A DNA stretch of 64,000 bases from Bacillota bacterium (GTDB taxonomy: Bacteria > Bacillota > Ch66 > Ch109), in the NCBI GenBank assembly GCA_050952625.1, contig JBMNLH010000001.1, positions 160,001-224,000 of the forward strand. Reading direction: 5' to 3'. Below the pieces are notes generated by a model. That model was not told the origin of the DNA, searched no databases, and saw only the letters and a program-made list of their open reading frames with translations. Below are positions 11,692-22,586 of the stretch, one piece after another. Position 1 is the stretch's first letter, and each line of letters begins with the position of its first letter. The position numbers were made by a program, and so were the translations under genes.

Positions 11692-12552
11692 TTGTTGGCA
11701 TTGCTGCAAAGCTGGTTACCCGATAGACCGATGGATCTCCTGTCCTTTAATACCTTCGTCTTTGTTTTGGATATTGCGCTTGTTGCCTTTCTCTTATATA
11801 AAGTATTGATGTTCATCAAAGGTACCCGGGGAATGCAGCTGCTAAAGGGTCTGGTCGTCTTGATTATCTTCTCCGGTCTGAGCAATTGGCTGCAACTAGG
11901 AACAGTAGCCTGGATTCTTGATAAAATGTGGGCAAGTTTATTTGTTGCTGTACCGGTGGTTTTTCAGCCGGAACTGCGTCGGGCCCTGGAACAATTGGGA
12001 AGGGGCCGTTTTTTTGCTCGTTCTTCAACCCAGTTAAGAGGGGAAAATCTGTATCGTTTAATTCGAGAAATAGTTAAGGCGGTTCAGGAAATGGCGCGAA
12101 CCAGAACGGGTGCCCTAATCGTTTTAGAAAGAAAGACCGGCTTACAAGATTACGTGGAAGGGGCGATTCGGATAGACGGGCTGGTTTCAGCCGAGTTTTT
12201 AACCAATATCTTTGTCCCGAAAACCCCTTTGCATGATGGGGCGGTAGTGATCCGCGGAGAGCGGGTCGTCGCAGCCGGTTGTCTGCTGCCCCTGACTGAT
12301 AATCCTTATTTGGAAAAAGAGTTAGGCACCCGGCATCGGGCGGGTATCGGGATAACGGAGAATACCGATGCCCTAACGGTGATTGTCTCAGAGGAAACCG
12401 GCATCGTCTCTTTGGCAATTAATGGTCGCTTATTACGTCATCTGGATGAAAAGCTGCTCAAAGAGCAATTAGAAACCCTATTGCGGCCCGAATCAACGAC
12501 AGTTACTTTCCGTGGCTGGAAGTGGCCATATGGAAACCTTAATAAAGGATAG
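11692..12552 (+). CDS. cdaA: Diadenylate cyclase CdaA/DacA
   Basis: 3 TM helices, FQPELRRALEQLG, TPLHDGA, LGTRHRAG, VSEETG. Confidence 0.95.
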   Translation: MLALLQSWLPDRPMDLLSFNTFVFVLDIALVAFLLYKVLMFIKGTRGMQLLKGLVVLIIFSGLSNWLQLGTVAWILDKMWASLFVAVPVVFQPELRRALEQLGRGRFFARSSTQLRGENLYRLIREIVKAVQEMARTRTGALIVLERKTGLQDYVEGAIRIDGLVSAEFLTNIFVPKTPLHDGAVVIRGERVVAAGCLLPLTDNPYLEKELGTRHRAGIGITENTDALTVIVSEETGIVSLAINGRLLRHLDEKLLKEQLETLLRPESTTVTFRGWKWPYGNLNKG

Positions 12553-12594
12553 ATTTTCAGTCTAGCGGCGCACATTATTTTAAGGAGGTAAGCG

Positions 12595-13881
12595 ATGAGC
12601 GGGAAAAATAATTCCGGCTCTAAACCCAAAAGGCCCCTCCTTCCTACACCCGAAATCCAGAGCGATAATAGCCAGGGCGGGGGTAAGTGGGTTGTCAGAA
12701 ATCTCCGTTATAAAATTTTGGCAGTGCTATTGGCGATTGTGCTCTGGTTTTATGCGGCTAATGAAAGAGGTTTAATGCGGGAGCGGGTTTTTGACAATGT
12801 GCCAATTGCCGTTCACGGCTTAAGCGAGGGATTGGTTTTGGCCGGAGAACTGCCTCAAGCCCAAATTACGCTTAGAGGCAGTGTAGAAGGACTAAACGTT
12901 AATGAATTAACGGCCTATCTTGATCTCAGTGGAATCTCAGTGGGACAAGCAACGGTCCCGGTAATGGTTAATGTTCCCAGCGGGATTTCTTTTGTAGGGG
13001 TAAAACCCAGCCGAATCGGGGTACAAATTGATGTCCGGGCGGAAAAACAGATTCCAGTTGAGATCAAGCTCACTGGTCAGACCGCAGCCGGCTATGTCTC
13101 GATGGCCCCGACCGTTAGACCATCCCAAGTAGTTGTTTCTGGAGCCAGGAGTGTGCTGGCCAATTTGCAGCAGGCCTATGTTAGTCTGGCTCTGAATAAT
13201 ACGGATCGGAGTCTCAGTGAAACAATTCCCATAAGCATTATTGATCAGCAAGGCCTTCTGGTTAAGGGGCTCCAGCTTACCCCGGCCAGCGTTGAAGTTT
13301 TTGTCCCGGTGATCAAAGAAGAACCCGAAAAAACGGTGCCGGTGCGGCCAGTAGTTACTGGGGCCCCGGCCAGTGGTTATCAGGTAGTTGGGGTGACGGT
13401 TGAACCAGAAACAGTTAAAATAGTAGGACCGGCGGAGTCTTTAGAAAAAGTGACTGAGGTGACCACCCGGCCAGTTGACATTACTGGGGTTGATAAAACC
13501 GCTGTTTATCCAAGTCAGTTGGAACTCAGGGGAATAAACGGGGTAGAACCAGCCCAGGTTTCGGTAATTGTGCGAGTCGCCCAGACAACGCTGGAACGCG
13601 ACATCGGACCATTAGCGGTTCAGCTGGAAAACGTGGTTGATGGTTTCACCGCCTCGGTCCAGCCCAAGGAGATATCAGTCCGGATAACCGGTCCGACTGA
13701 TCGGGTAGAAAAACTCACTCCGCAGGATATTTCGGCGCGGGTGAATCTGGCTGGTCTGATTGCTGGGAAACATCAGGTACCGGTAGCGGTTTCCTTGCCT
13801 CCCGGTCTAACTATTAGCCAAATAACCCCGGAGATCTTGGAAGTTTCTTTGACCCCGATCGAAAACGCGGGTGAGGAGTGA
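12595..13881 (+). CDS. cdaR: CdaA regulator CdaR (YbbR repeats)
   Basis: Single TM helix (KILAVLLAIVLW) followed by repeated YbbR-like domains; conserved cdaA-cdaR-glmM order. Confidence 0.9.
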   Translation: MSGKNNSGSKPKRPLLPTPEIQSDNSQGGGKWVVRNLRYKILAVLLAIVLWFYAANERGLMRERVFDNVPIAVHGLSEGLVLAGELPQAQITLRGSVEGLNVNELTAYLDLSGISVGQATVPVMVNVPSGISFVGVKPSRIGVQIDVRAEKQIPVEIKLTGQTAAGYVSMAPTVRPSQVVVSGARSVLANLQQAYVSLALNNTDRSLSETIPISIIDQQGLLVKGLQLTPASVEVFVPVIKEEPEKTVPVRPVVTGAPASGYQVVGVTVEPETVKIVGPAESLEKVTEVTTRPVDITGVDKTAVYPSQLELRGINGVEPAQVSVIVRVAQTTLERDIGPLAVQLENVVDGFTASVQPKEISVRITGPTDRVEKLTPQDISARVNLAGLIAGKHQVPVAVSLPPGLTISQITPEILEVSLTPIENAGEE

Positions 13882-14107
13882 GGAGTGAGGGGTGAGGGGT
13901 GGGGCGAGGTGTGAGGAGTAAAACGTGAGGTGTTAGGTGTGAGGGGTGAGGTGTAAGGGGTTGAGGTGTAAGGGGTGAGGTGTAAGGGGTGAGGTGTAAG
14001 GGGTGAGGAAGGAGAGCCCCGGCAGGTTCTGAAAGAAGAACTGGCCGCTGAAGGCGTTAAGGCGTGAGTGGTGAGGAGTAAGGAGTAAGGCGTGAGGGGT
14101 TTAAGGC
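13870..14107 (+). repeat. G-rich heptamer/14-mer tandem repeat
   Basis: GTGAGG(A/G/T) heptamers and (GTGAGGTGTAAGGG)n at 13870-14008; second degenerate patch at 14055-14107. Confidence 0.85.
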
Positions 14108-14285
14108 AAATAATCCGGCAACGTTAAGTCTTAATGACGCTGATGAACGCGATGTAGATGAGCACTGTAGAGGATAGATAGTGCTGAAAGCAACCAAGCT
14201 TGGAGTCAGGCTAATGAAGTAAATTTATTAATCTCGTAGAAGTCTCCTCTAAAATATTAATCTAGAATATGCAAAAAAAGGAGTA

Positions 14286-15636
14286 ATGTCAGGGATGGGT
14301 AATCTGTTTGGAACTGATGGGGTTCGAGGAGCCGCCAACGTAGAACTTACTCCGGAAACTGCCTTTCGACTGGGACGCGCCGGGGCTTATGTCTTAAGTC
14401 AAGAAGTTAAACGCCCCCAAATCGTAATCGGTAAGGACACGCGGATTTCCGGGGATATGCTGGAGGCAGCCTTAATGGCTGGGATTTGTTCAGTTGGGGC
14501 TGATGTTTATCGCGTCGGGATCTTACCAACACCAGGAATCGCTTATCTTACCCGCAGTCTGAGAGCCACTGCCGGGGTAGTCATCTCTGCTTCCCACAAC
14601 CCAGTAGTTGACAACGGAATCAAATTTTTTGCCGGGAACGGATATAAACTGCCAGATGCGATCGAGGAAGAGATTGAACGGCTGGTCTTAGCGGACAAGG
14701 ATGAACTGCCCAGACCCTTGGGCGGTGAAGTGGGCCGGGTTTATGAGGTGGAAGGGGCCAGCCAACGCTACTTAGAATACTTGAAAACGACGACAAATGT
14801 AGACCTTCAGGGTTTAACGATCGTCGTAGATGGGGCAAATGGAGCGGCTTACGAGGTTGCCCCCCGCTTGTTTCGAGAACTGGGGGCCCGGGTTATTCCG
14901 ATTAACTGCAGCCCAAATGGCATCAATATTAATGCCAGTTGCGGCTCTACCTATCCCGGGGTTCTGCAGGCGGCAGTCATAGAGCACCGGGCTGATCTGG
15001 GAATCTCGCATGACGGCGATGCGGACCGGGTAATTGCGGTTGACGAACAGGGGAACCTGGTCGATGGCGATTATATCATGGTGATCTGCGGCTTGCACTT
15101 AGCTCGGCAGCGGGCCCTTGCCGCTGGATACCATTGTGGTAACAGTGATGAGCAATCTGGGACTACATCTCGCTTTGCGCCAGGCCGGGGTGCACACGCT
15201 GGAAACAAAGGTCGGGGACCGTTACGTTCTGGAGGAAATGCTGCGAACCGGAGCCAAACTGGGCGGCGAACAATCAGGTCACGTGATTTTCCTGGAACAC
15301 AATACTACTGGTGATGGGATTCTGACCGCCTTGCAGTTAATGTCAGTTATGCGAGAGACGGGCTTGCCCTTGTCAACCCTCGCTCAGCAAATGACCCGTT
15401 TGCCTCAGGTCCTGGTGAACGTAAGAGTCAAAGATAAAAATGCCCTCGATACTTGCCAGCCGGTACAAGACAGTATCCAGCAAGCCAGTCAGCGTCTAGG
15501 AGATACCGGCCGGGTACTGGTTCGCCCTTCGGGTACTGAACCGTTAATCAGGGTTATGGCTGAGGGACCTAACGAAGACGAATTAAGAAAAGTTGTGGAA
15601 GATATAGTGCGGATGGTTGAGCGGCATTTGGGATAA
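14286..15636 (+). CDS. glmM: Phosphoglucosamine mutase, split by a +1 frameshift at 15112-15117
   Basis: [21 protein letters not shown] in the first ORF; [15 protein letters not shown] in the second; removing one base from GGGCCC joins them. Confidence 0.92.
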
Positions 15637-15774
15637 AGCGAATCTTCAGCAAATGCTTAACAACCTGGAAGTTTTGTTAATTTATAATTATAGCGGACAG
15701 CGGATTGTTAACGTATAATAGTTATTGATGCGTAATATATGGGTTAACTATGAAAGGAGGTGAGTTTTCGACTG

Positions 15775-15805
15775 ATAGAAGCGGGAGTCTTTTGATTCTG
15801 ATAAA
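15775..15805 (-). mobile_element. Fragment (TTTAT end) of the dispersed non-autonomous IS200/IS605-like element
   Basis: ATAGAAGCGGGAGTCTTTTGATTCTGATAAA matches the element end. Confidence 0.6.
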
Positions 15806-15892
15806 CTAGATTACCCAGGCTTAATTGGCAAGCGGAGCATTAACCATAGTGGTCATGCCTGAACCTAAAAACCGGTAAGGAAGAAAACTTGC

Positions 15893-16036
15893 AAAGCGCC
15901 AGGACCAGCCATGCTGTTTTGGCTGGTTGACGAGGAAGGGGTTTATCGAAAGATTCGGCGGGTGCCCCTCGGTGTGTCACCACCGTGAGTCCGGTAATAA
16001 AACCTCCGAGTAATCGGAGGGACAGAGGACCGGACA
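15893..16036 (+). ncRNA. glmS ribozyme (GlcN6P-activated)
   Basis: AAGCGCCAGGAC...GTTGACGAGG...TTATCGAA..TTCGGCGGGTGCCC core, upstream of glmS. Confidence 0.95.
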
Positions 16037-16235
16037 GTGACCGCCTGAGACGACCGGAACCGATTTTGTCGTTGAGGTGGAGCAGGGATATGGGACAGGA
16101 TTAGTGAAATAATTCACTAACCTTGTGCTTGAGCCCAGCTTCAGGCTTGTGTGGGATGATTTTTCACAGAGTGAACTCGGTCAGCTCATATGGGCCTTGA
16201 CCTCCATTGTCGTTTTCCAGGATGATTTTTTATGG

Positions 16236-16299
16236 AGTGACTCGTTCAGCTTCGCTGAACATTGAGGCTTCAGAGGGATACTCTGCTCCACCTGAAGTT
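16236..16299 (-). mobile_element. Partial copy (TTCAC end) of the dispersed element
   Basis: GTGACTCGTTCAGCTTCGCTGAACATTGAGGCTTCAGAGGGATACTCTGCTCCACCTGAAG; a further degenerate start at 16171-16186. Confidence 0.75.
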
Positions 16300-16540
16300 A
16301 TGATTGATTATTTAGTTTTCTTCCGTTGCCAATTGCCGGTGACGGTTTTGTTTTTGTTTGCAAGTTAAAAGGTAAAGTAAACAATAATATAAACTCCGGC
16401 TGTTATCTGTTATTGCTATGGATATAACCATAATTCGTTGATCGAGGTGCGTTCAACGCATGATAATTCTGAGCGAAGCGAAGAATCCATCCCTTTTAAA
16501 TGTAACAGACGATAAATGTAAAATTTAGGGGGATATAATA

Positions 16541-18373
16541 ATGTGCGGAATAGTTGGTTATTTGGGTACTCAACCAGCGGTGCCCATTTTAATAGAAGGC
16601 TTGAAGAAGTTAGAATACCGGGGTTATGATTCAGCCGGCATCGCGGTTTTAAACGGGGGCAATCTGACGGTTACAAAAAGTGCCGGTAAGATCAACTTGC
16701 TCGAAAGATTACTTCAAGAAGAAGGATGCCCGGACAGTCATATTGGCATCGGCCACACCCGCTGGGCCACCCATGGCCGTCCTTCGGACATCAATTCTCA
16801 CCCGCATACTGACTGCACCGGTGAATTTGCCGTGGTTCATAACGGCATTATTGAGAATTATCAAAGCTTGAAAGAGTGGTTGCAGCAGGAGGGGCATGCT
16901 TTTGTCTCTGAGACGGACACTGAAGTGCTGCCGCATTTGGTGGAGCACTTTTACCGCGGTGATCTGGAAACCGCAGTCTTGGAGGTTATCAGCCGGGTAC
17001 AGGGGTCTTACGCGATGGTGGCGTTTACCCAGAAAGAGCCGGGCAAACTGGTGGCGGTCCGCAAGGACAGTCCATTGGTCGTGGGTCTGGGAGAAGATGA
17101 GTACTTCTTGGCTTCGGATATTCCGGCTATTTTAAATCACACTCGCCGGGCCTATATTCTGGATGATGGTGAAGTGGCGGTCCTGATGGCTGAGGGGGTC
17201 CAGATCCTCGACCAATGGGGTCTGCCGGTCGATAAACCGATTTTTGAGGTGGAGTGGGATGCGAAAGCTGCGGAAAAAGGCGGTTACGATCATTTCATGC
17301 TCAAGGAAATTCACGAGCAGCCTAAAGCCCTGAAGGATACCCTGAGCGGCCGGCTAACCCCGGATAACCGCCGGATTCAGTTAAGTGAGGTTAAGCTTAC
17401 CCCTCAGCAGATAAAAAATATCCGCAAGGTTAGTATCGTGGCTTGCGGAACCGCCTATCACGCGGGAGTGGTGGGTAAGTACGTGATCGAAAAACTGGCG
17501 CGAATACCGACCGAAGTCGATATCGCTTCTGAATTCCGTTATCGCGACCCTTTGCTGGACGAACAAACCCTGGTAGTGGTCATCAGTCAGTCCGGCGAAA
17601 CCGCCGATACCCTGGCAGCTCTGCGGGAAGCGAAGCGCAAGGGGGCTCGGGTCCTAGCGATTACTAACGTGGTGGGCAGTTCCGTCTCCCGGGAGGCAGA
17701 TGATGTCCTTTACACCTGGGCTGGGCCGGAAATTGCCGTGGCTTCCACCAAAGCCTATACCACCCAATTGATCTGTATGTACCTGCTGGGTCTATACCTG
17801 GCCCAGGTCCGAGAAACCCTACCGGAGGGAGAAATCGAAACCATCATCGACCATTTGCGCCAGCTGCCGCAACAGGTGCAGATAATTCTGGATCGGGAGC
17901 GGGCGGTTAAAGAAATAGCGGAGAAATTTACGCAGGCAGAAAACTGCTTTTTCATCGGTCGCGGTCTGGATTACGCGGTAGCGATGGAAGGTTCCTTAAA
18001 GCTCAAGGAAATTTCTTATATCCATGCCGAAGCCTACGCTGCCGGGGAACTAAAACATGGCACTCTGGCTTTGATTGTGGAGGGAATCCCAGTTTTGGCC
18101 ATCGCCACCCAGGAAGAATTGTTGGAAAAGACCATGAGCAACGTCAAGGAAGTCAAAGCCCGGGAAGCGACCGTGATCGGCTTGACCATGGAAGGGAATC
18201 GCGAGATTGAGAAATCAGTGGACGAAGTGATCTATCTTCCCCGGACTCACGCCCTGCTAACCTCTGTTCTAACGGTTGTCCCTCTGCAGCTACTGGCCTA
18301 TTACGCGGCGGTGGCCCGGGGCACCGATGTGGATCAGCCGCGGAACCTGGCGAAGAGTGTGACGGTGGAGTGA
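16541..18373 (+). CDS. glmS: Glutamine--fructose-6-phosphate aminotransferase
   Basis: MCGIVG, GHTRWATHG, SQSGETADT, C-terminal PRNLAKSVTVE. Confidence 0.98.
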   Translation: MCGIVGYLGTQPAVPILIEGLKKLEYRGYDSAGIAVLNGGNLTVTKSAGKINLLERLLQEEGCPDSHIGIGHTRWATHGRPSDINSHPHTDCTGEFAVVHNGIIENYQSLKEWLQQEGHAFVSETDTEVLPHLVEHFYRGDLETAVLEVISRVQGSYAMVAFTQKEPGKLVAVRKDSPLVVGLGEDEYFLASDIPAILNHTRRAYILDDGEVAVLMAEGVQILDQWGLPVDKPIFEVEWDAKAAEKGGYDHFMLKEIHEQPKALKDTLSGRLTPDNRRIQLSEVKLTPQQIKNIRKVSIVACGTAYHAGVVGKYVIEKLARIPTEVDIASEFRYRDPLLDEQTLVVVISQSGETADTLAALREAKRKGARVLAITNVVGSSVSREADDVLYTWAGPEIAVASTKAYTTQLICMYLLGLYLAQVRETLPEGEIETIIDHLRQLPQQVQIILDRERAVKEIAEKFTQAENCFFIGRGLDYAVAMEGSLKLKEISYIHAEAYAAGELKHGTLALIVEGIPVLAIATQEELLEKTMSNVKEVKAREATVIGLTMEGNREIEKSVDEVIYLPRTHALLTSVLTVVPLQLLAYYAAVARGTDVDQPRNLAKSVTVE

Positions 18374-18502
18374 TTGCAAAGCTTTGCTCCTTGATCAGGT
18401 TAATGAGGTCTACCTGGCAGATCCGCTGCGTTCGAAAATAATCCGCAGAGTCTGTACATTAATAAACTGTTTCTTTTTAATCGAAATTGTGTATAATAAT
18501 AG

Positions 18503-18626
18503 CAAGAGACCCCTAGGCGGCAACCTAGAAGTCTCTCTAACCATCAGGGAGTTACTTCAACACCTGGTGCAAATATTACTAAAACATAGTTGCTTGGCTA
18601 ATACTTAGATATTAGCCTATTTTTTT
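18503..18626 (+). ncRNA. Putative type I antitoxin sRNA
   Basis: TATAAT at 18492-18497; 5' hairpin AGAGAC-CCCTAGG...CCTAG-AAGTCTCT; terminator GGCTAATA-CTTAGA-TATTAGCC plus T-run overlapping the 3' end of the convergent toxin ORF. Confidence 0.65.
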
Positions 18627-18685
18627 GTAAGTATTAAGAGTGAGACTATCAGCGTTAAAAGCATCAATAGTTCTATTGTGCTCAA
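18617..18685 (-). CDS. Putative type I toxin, 22-aa hydrophobic peptide MSTIELLMLLTLIVSLLILTKK
   Basis: TTG start with AGGAGGTG RBS; one TM helix plus terminal KK; 5'UTR contains anti-SD ACCTCC; TGTGGTAAAAT extended -10 at 18749-18759. Confidence 0.75.
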   Translation of the reverse strand: MSTIELLMLLTLIVSLLILTKK

Positions 18686-19085
18686 TCGCTTCACCTCCTC
18701 TCCTGGATCTACACCAGGAGTTGGAGGTTTCCCCTCAGGCTATCTCATATTTTACCACATCGTTGATTAACAACCTACAACCGATCTAATTGATGATTCG
18801 ACAAATTTCGGGGAGGGTCAGTCCCCTTTAACTTTGATAGCCAGTGGAAAGTACCACAAAAACAGCGTGTGAATCGTGTAAAGATAGTTAGTTTTGTATG
18901 ATAGTGTCATTGATCGTCACCAGCAGGTAAACCAGCAGGTTCTGCGTTTTGGGGATAACCCTTGCATTGCAGTAAGCCTGCTATTCTGTTAAATTTTGAC
19001 AAAATATGTCAAGATTAAAACATCCTGTTATCTTTTGGATATCCTAGTAAACTCTTGCACACCATTTAAAGATAACAAAAATTTT

Positions 19086-19112
19086 GCAGGAAGATTCTAA
19101 CGCATCACGAAT
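19086..19112 (+). promoter_or_regulatory. SigmaH-type promoter upstream of the defence operon
   Basis: GCAGGA-N17-GAAT. Confidence 0.5.
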
Positions 19113-19333
19113 TATTACAATATAACAAAATATATGTGCACTTATTTTGTCGGATTAGTTTATATTGTCGGAACTAGTTCTCTAACCGCGGTAAATGCGC
19201 AAACTGTTATGAGGCATGAAACGTTGGAACCGGAAGTTCTTTGAGATATTTGTTTATAAAGAAAGGTGTTATTAGTTAGGAAAGACACGAATTTAGGTTA
19301 ATATTCAATGGCTCTAAATGGAGGGATGAGCCC

Positions 19334-22300
19334 ATGAAATCAATATTGAATACTTGTCAGCCTCGACCCGAACTCTTAGCTGGCAATTTTAACCCGGAGG
19401 TTTTCACAGCATCGCTTGGTCCAATCATTGAGTATTATCATAACGGTCGTAATCTAATCGACAGTATCTACACCAATGCCGATCTTTTTTTTCGGGAAGC
19501 CACATATCCTACGCAAGGTCTGCGTTATACTCTGGCCGAGGTGTTCGGCCGGCTAGCTGGTGATATGACTGTTCCGGCTATTCACCGATTGGAAACTGCC
19601 TTTGGAGGAGGTAAGACTCATACCCTGATTGCCTGCACCCATATTGCCTTTCGGGGTACCGAGTTGCGAAGCGTCATTTCAGACATCCTTGACCCAGCAT
19701 TACTACCTGAGCCCGGCTCCGTCACCGTGGTGGGCGTTGCCGGTGATGAAGTACCCGTCCACCGACCCCGAGGCGACGCTTTAGTTCCCTATACCCTCTG
19801 GGGAGAAATTGCTTTTCAGCTCGGGGGAGAAAGACTCTATCGCGAGGTTGAGGATGAAGCTAATTCTCATGCTGCTCCGGGCAGGACGTATTTCGACAAG
19901 GTGTTTGCTAGTCGTAAGGCGTTAATCATGCTGGATGAGCTCGCCCAATACGCCGCCCGGCTCGAAGCCGCTAGGCCGGACGGGGCCAGCCAACTGGCGG
20001 CCTTCTTAATGGCTCTGCACGGCTATGCGCGTAATCACCCGGGGATTGCCGTCATCCTTACCCTGGCTAGCGCGACGGACGCCTTTGCAAAACAGACAGA
20101 GCGTTTAGCGCAACTTGTCGGTCAAGTGCGAGGCGAGGAAATGAGTGAAGACGATGCCCTTGGAATTGGCGAACGAGCGTTAAAGGGAGTAGCCAGCGTT
20201 GTTGCCCGGGATGCGGTTCAGATTACACCGGTACAGGCAGCCGAGATTTCGTCGGTACTCGCCAAACGACTGTTTGTTCTGATTGACCGTGACGCTGCTC
20301 AGGCGACTGCGGAGGATTACCGGCAGTTGTATATCCGCAATTCATCTTTACTGCCAGATGAAGCCTCAAGTGAAAACTTCAAGGCTAGGATGATTGCTCA
20401 TTATCCATTTCATCCAACTCTGATTAGCTTTCTTAATAATAAGCTAGCCAGTGCCGAGAACTTTCAAGGTACGCGCGGCGTGCTGCGGGTATTGGCTCTC
20501 GCAGTGCGCAGTATCTGGCAAAAAAAGCTGGCGGTCCCCATGATCCATACCTGCCACCTGGATCTTCGTTCCGACCGGGTGGTAAATGAATTGCTGGGCC
20601 GGACCGGCAGCTCGGATTTACTGTTTGTTCTCAATGCTGATGTGGGTAGTGTTGATACTGGTACACTGGAGGGTGGTTTTAGCAACGCGGAAATTGAGGA
20701 TCAACGCAACCCGCATCCAGAAGGACACCCTCTTTTTGAGTACACCTGGAAGACGGTCTTTTTGCATAGTTTAGTAGGCCGAGCCGAGGGCCTATCCTCC
20801 AAAATCTTTGGCCTCACTGAAGCTGAAGCCTTATTTAGTGTTTCTTTTCCGGGGCTGACGCCTACTCAGGTCCGGATGGCTTTGGAAAAGATTAGCGAGA
20901 GTGCCTTCTACTTACGTTTTGAGCAAGGGAAATATTTTGCCAGTGAAGAACCGACCATTAACAGTGTTTTGGCCCGGATCCGCAAGACGATTAAAGCCGA
21001 CCAGGTAAGTGAACTGCTGGAGGCTAGTGCCAGTAAAGTTTTGAAGCTTAAGAAGGGGAGTTCGGACCCTTTTCACATCGAATCATCTATTTCCCAACCA
21101 GAGCACCTACCGGATGGGAAGGGCCGGCCGGTCCTGGGGGTGGTCTCGCTAACGGCTGATACTATTGATATTGTGGAGTTCGTGACCACCAAGGGGTTGA
21201 ACAAGCCGAGAGATCAGCAAAACCTCATTTTTATCCTTGCCCCGGAAACGGTAACAATCAGAAGTAGCAACGAGCAGGAAGAATTCTTTCAGGCACAAAG
21301 TACCCGAACCCAGGAGGTTAGACAACGAATTGAGGGGATTGCCCGCCAAGTTAAGGCAATGCGCCTTCTAAAGGAAAGACCGCAGAATTATGGAGTTAAT
21401 CCCCAGCACTTGGAAGCGGAAGATTTTCAGCAGCGTTATACCAAACTTGAGCTTGACCTACAAACCGCCGTAGCGAGTATCTATACGAAACTCTATTATC
21501 CTTCAACATCAGGGTATATTGGACAAAAAGAAATTAAGACCGCTGGTGGCGAGGGCGGTGTACCCTTTATTGAGTTAATTCTAGAGGCATTGATTAAAGA
21601 TGGAGAACTTCTCACCGACCGCAATACCACCCAGTCAGACTTGATGAATCTGAAAAAACTCTTTTTTGAGCAGACGGATACAGTGGCTCTGGCCAAGCTC
21701 CGGGAAAATTTCTGCTGCGTTCGGAGTTGGCCAGTCCTAGAAAATTTTGGAGCCCTAGATCAGATTGTGCGGGCTGGGGTCCAAAAGGGCGAATGGATTG
21801 TCTTCCGCATGGGGGCGGCGAATAATGTCCGACCGGATGAGTTATATCACCAGGAAAATGAGGTTCCCATGGGGGTTAACTTGGCTGATCCGGGCTATGG
21901 ACTTATCACTGTCCAAGGGGCAAACCAGCGCGGCTGGACCAACACTAAGCAGATTGATCCGGCCAAAGTGGGCGAAGGACTTTACTATGCGGTTGCTGAG
22001 AGCGGCTCAGCCTCGGTGCAGCAGCTTACGGAAAACCTGATGGAGAAATTAGGCGAATTCTCGACTCAGGACCTAAATGAGGCGGTAGTGAATTTGGTTA
22101 AAAACGACCGACTGCTTGCTTTTCGCGGTTCGCCGGATCAACAAAAAAAGCCGGATCTAATTCATGGGTCCGGGGCGGTTCTTTATACTCCTCAACCCGA
22201 GGATGTCCTGATTACGCCGGCCCGGGCCCTCTGAGTTAGGTTGGATCACCACCCAGCACCGAGGCTTTAATCTCGCGGGGAAGGAAGGAACGGAAAAGCT

Positions 22301-22565
22301 CTTGCCCTTATTGCGGCGATTAGGCAGTATCTATAGTCGAGGAGCTAAATCGACCATTGAGACCCTGGATCTGGTAGATTTTGAACTGCCAGAAGGGGGG
22401 ACCCTCCGTTTGCAATTATCTAACGTACCGCCAGGATCAATGAAGGCCCTTGGTGAGTTATTTGAGGTGCTGGATGGTGTCGTAGAAAAAGGAGAAAATA
22501 CCGAGTTTTTCTTAGAAATCCTTGATCCGGAGGATGATTGTCTCTTGATTCAGGAACTTAAATAA
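19334..22565 (+). CDS. DUF499 family AAA+ ATPase of a restriction-like defence system; +1 frameshift at 22224-22229 joins ORFs 19334-22234 and 22302-22565
   Basis: Walker A LETAFGGGKTH, Walker B LIMLDE, YPFHP, FQGTRGVLR; removing one C gives continuous ..PARASELGWITTQHRGFNLAGKEGTEKLLPLLRR.. Confidence 0.85.
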
Positions 22566-22586
22566 CAGATAACGCGAGGCATAATT

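Noticed and set aside
13870-14107. CRISPR or coding repeat
   Set aside because: Contiguous heptamers without spacers and no credible ORF
18374-18420. Tn7 end at the attTn7 position downstream of glmS
   Set aside because: No TGT-initiated end or repeated TnsB sites about 25 bp after the stop, and no tns genes in the window
18384-18608. 74-aa ORF after glmS
   Set aside because: No RBS or homology cues; overlaps the predicted antitoxin RNA and its promoter
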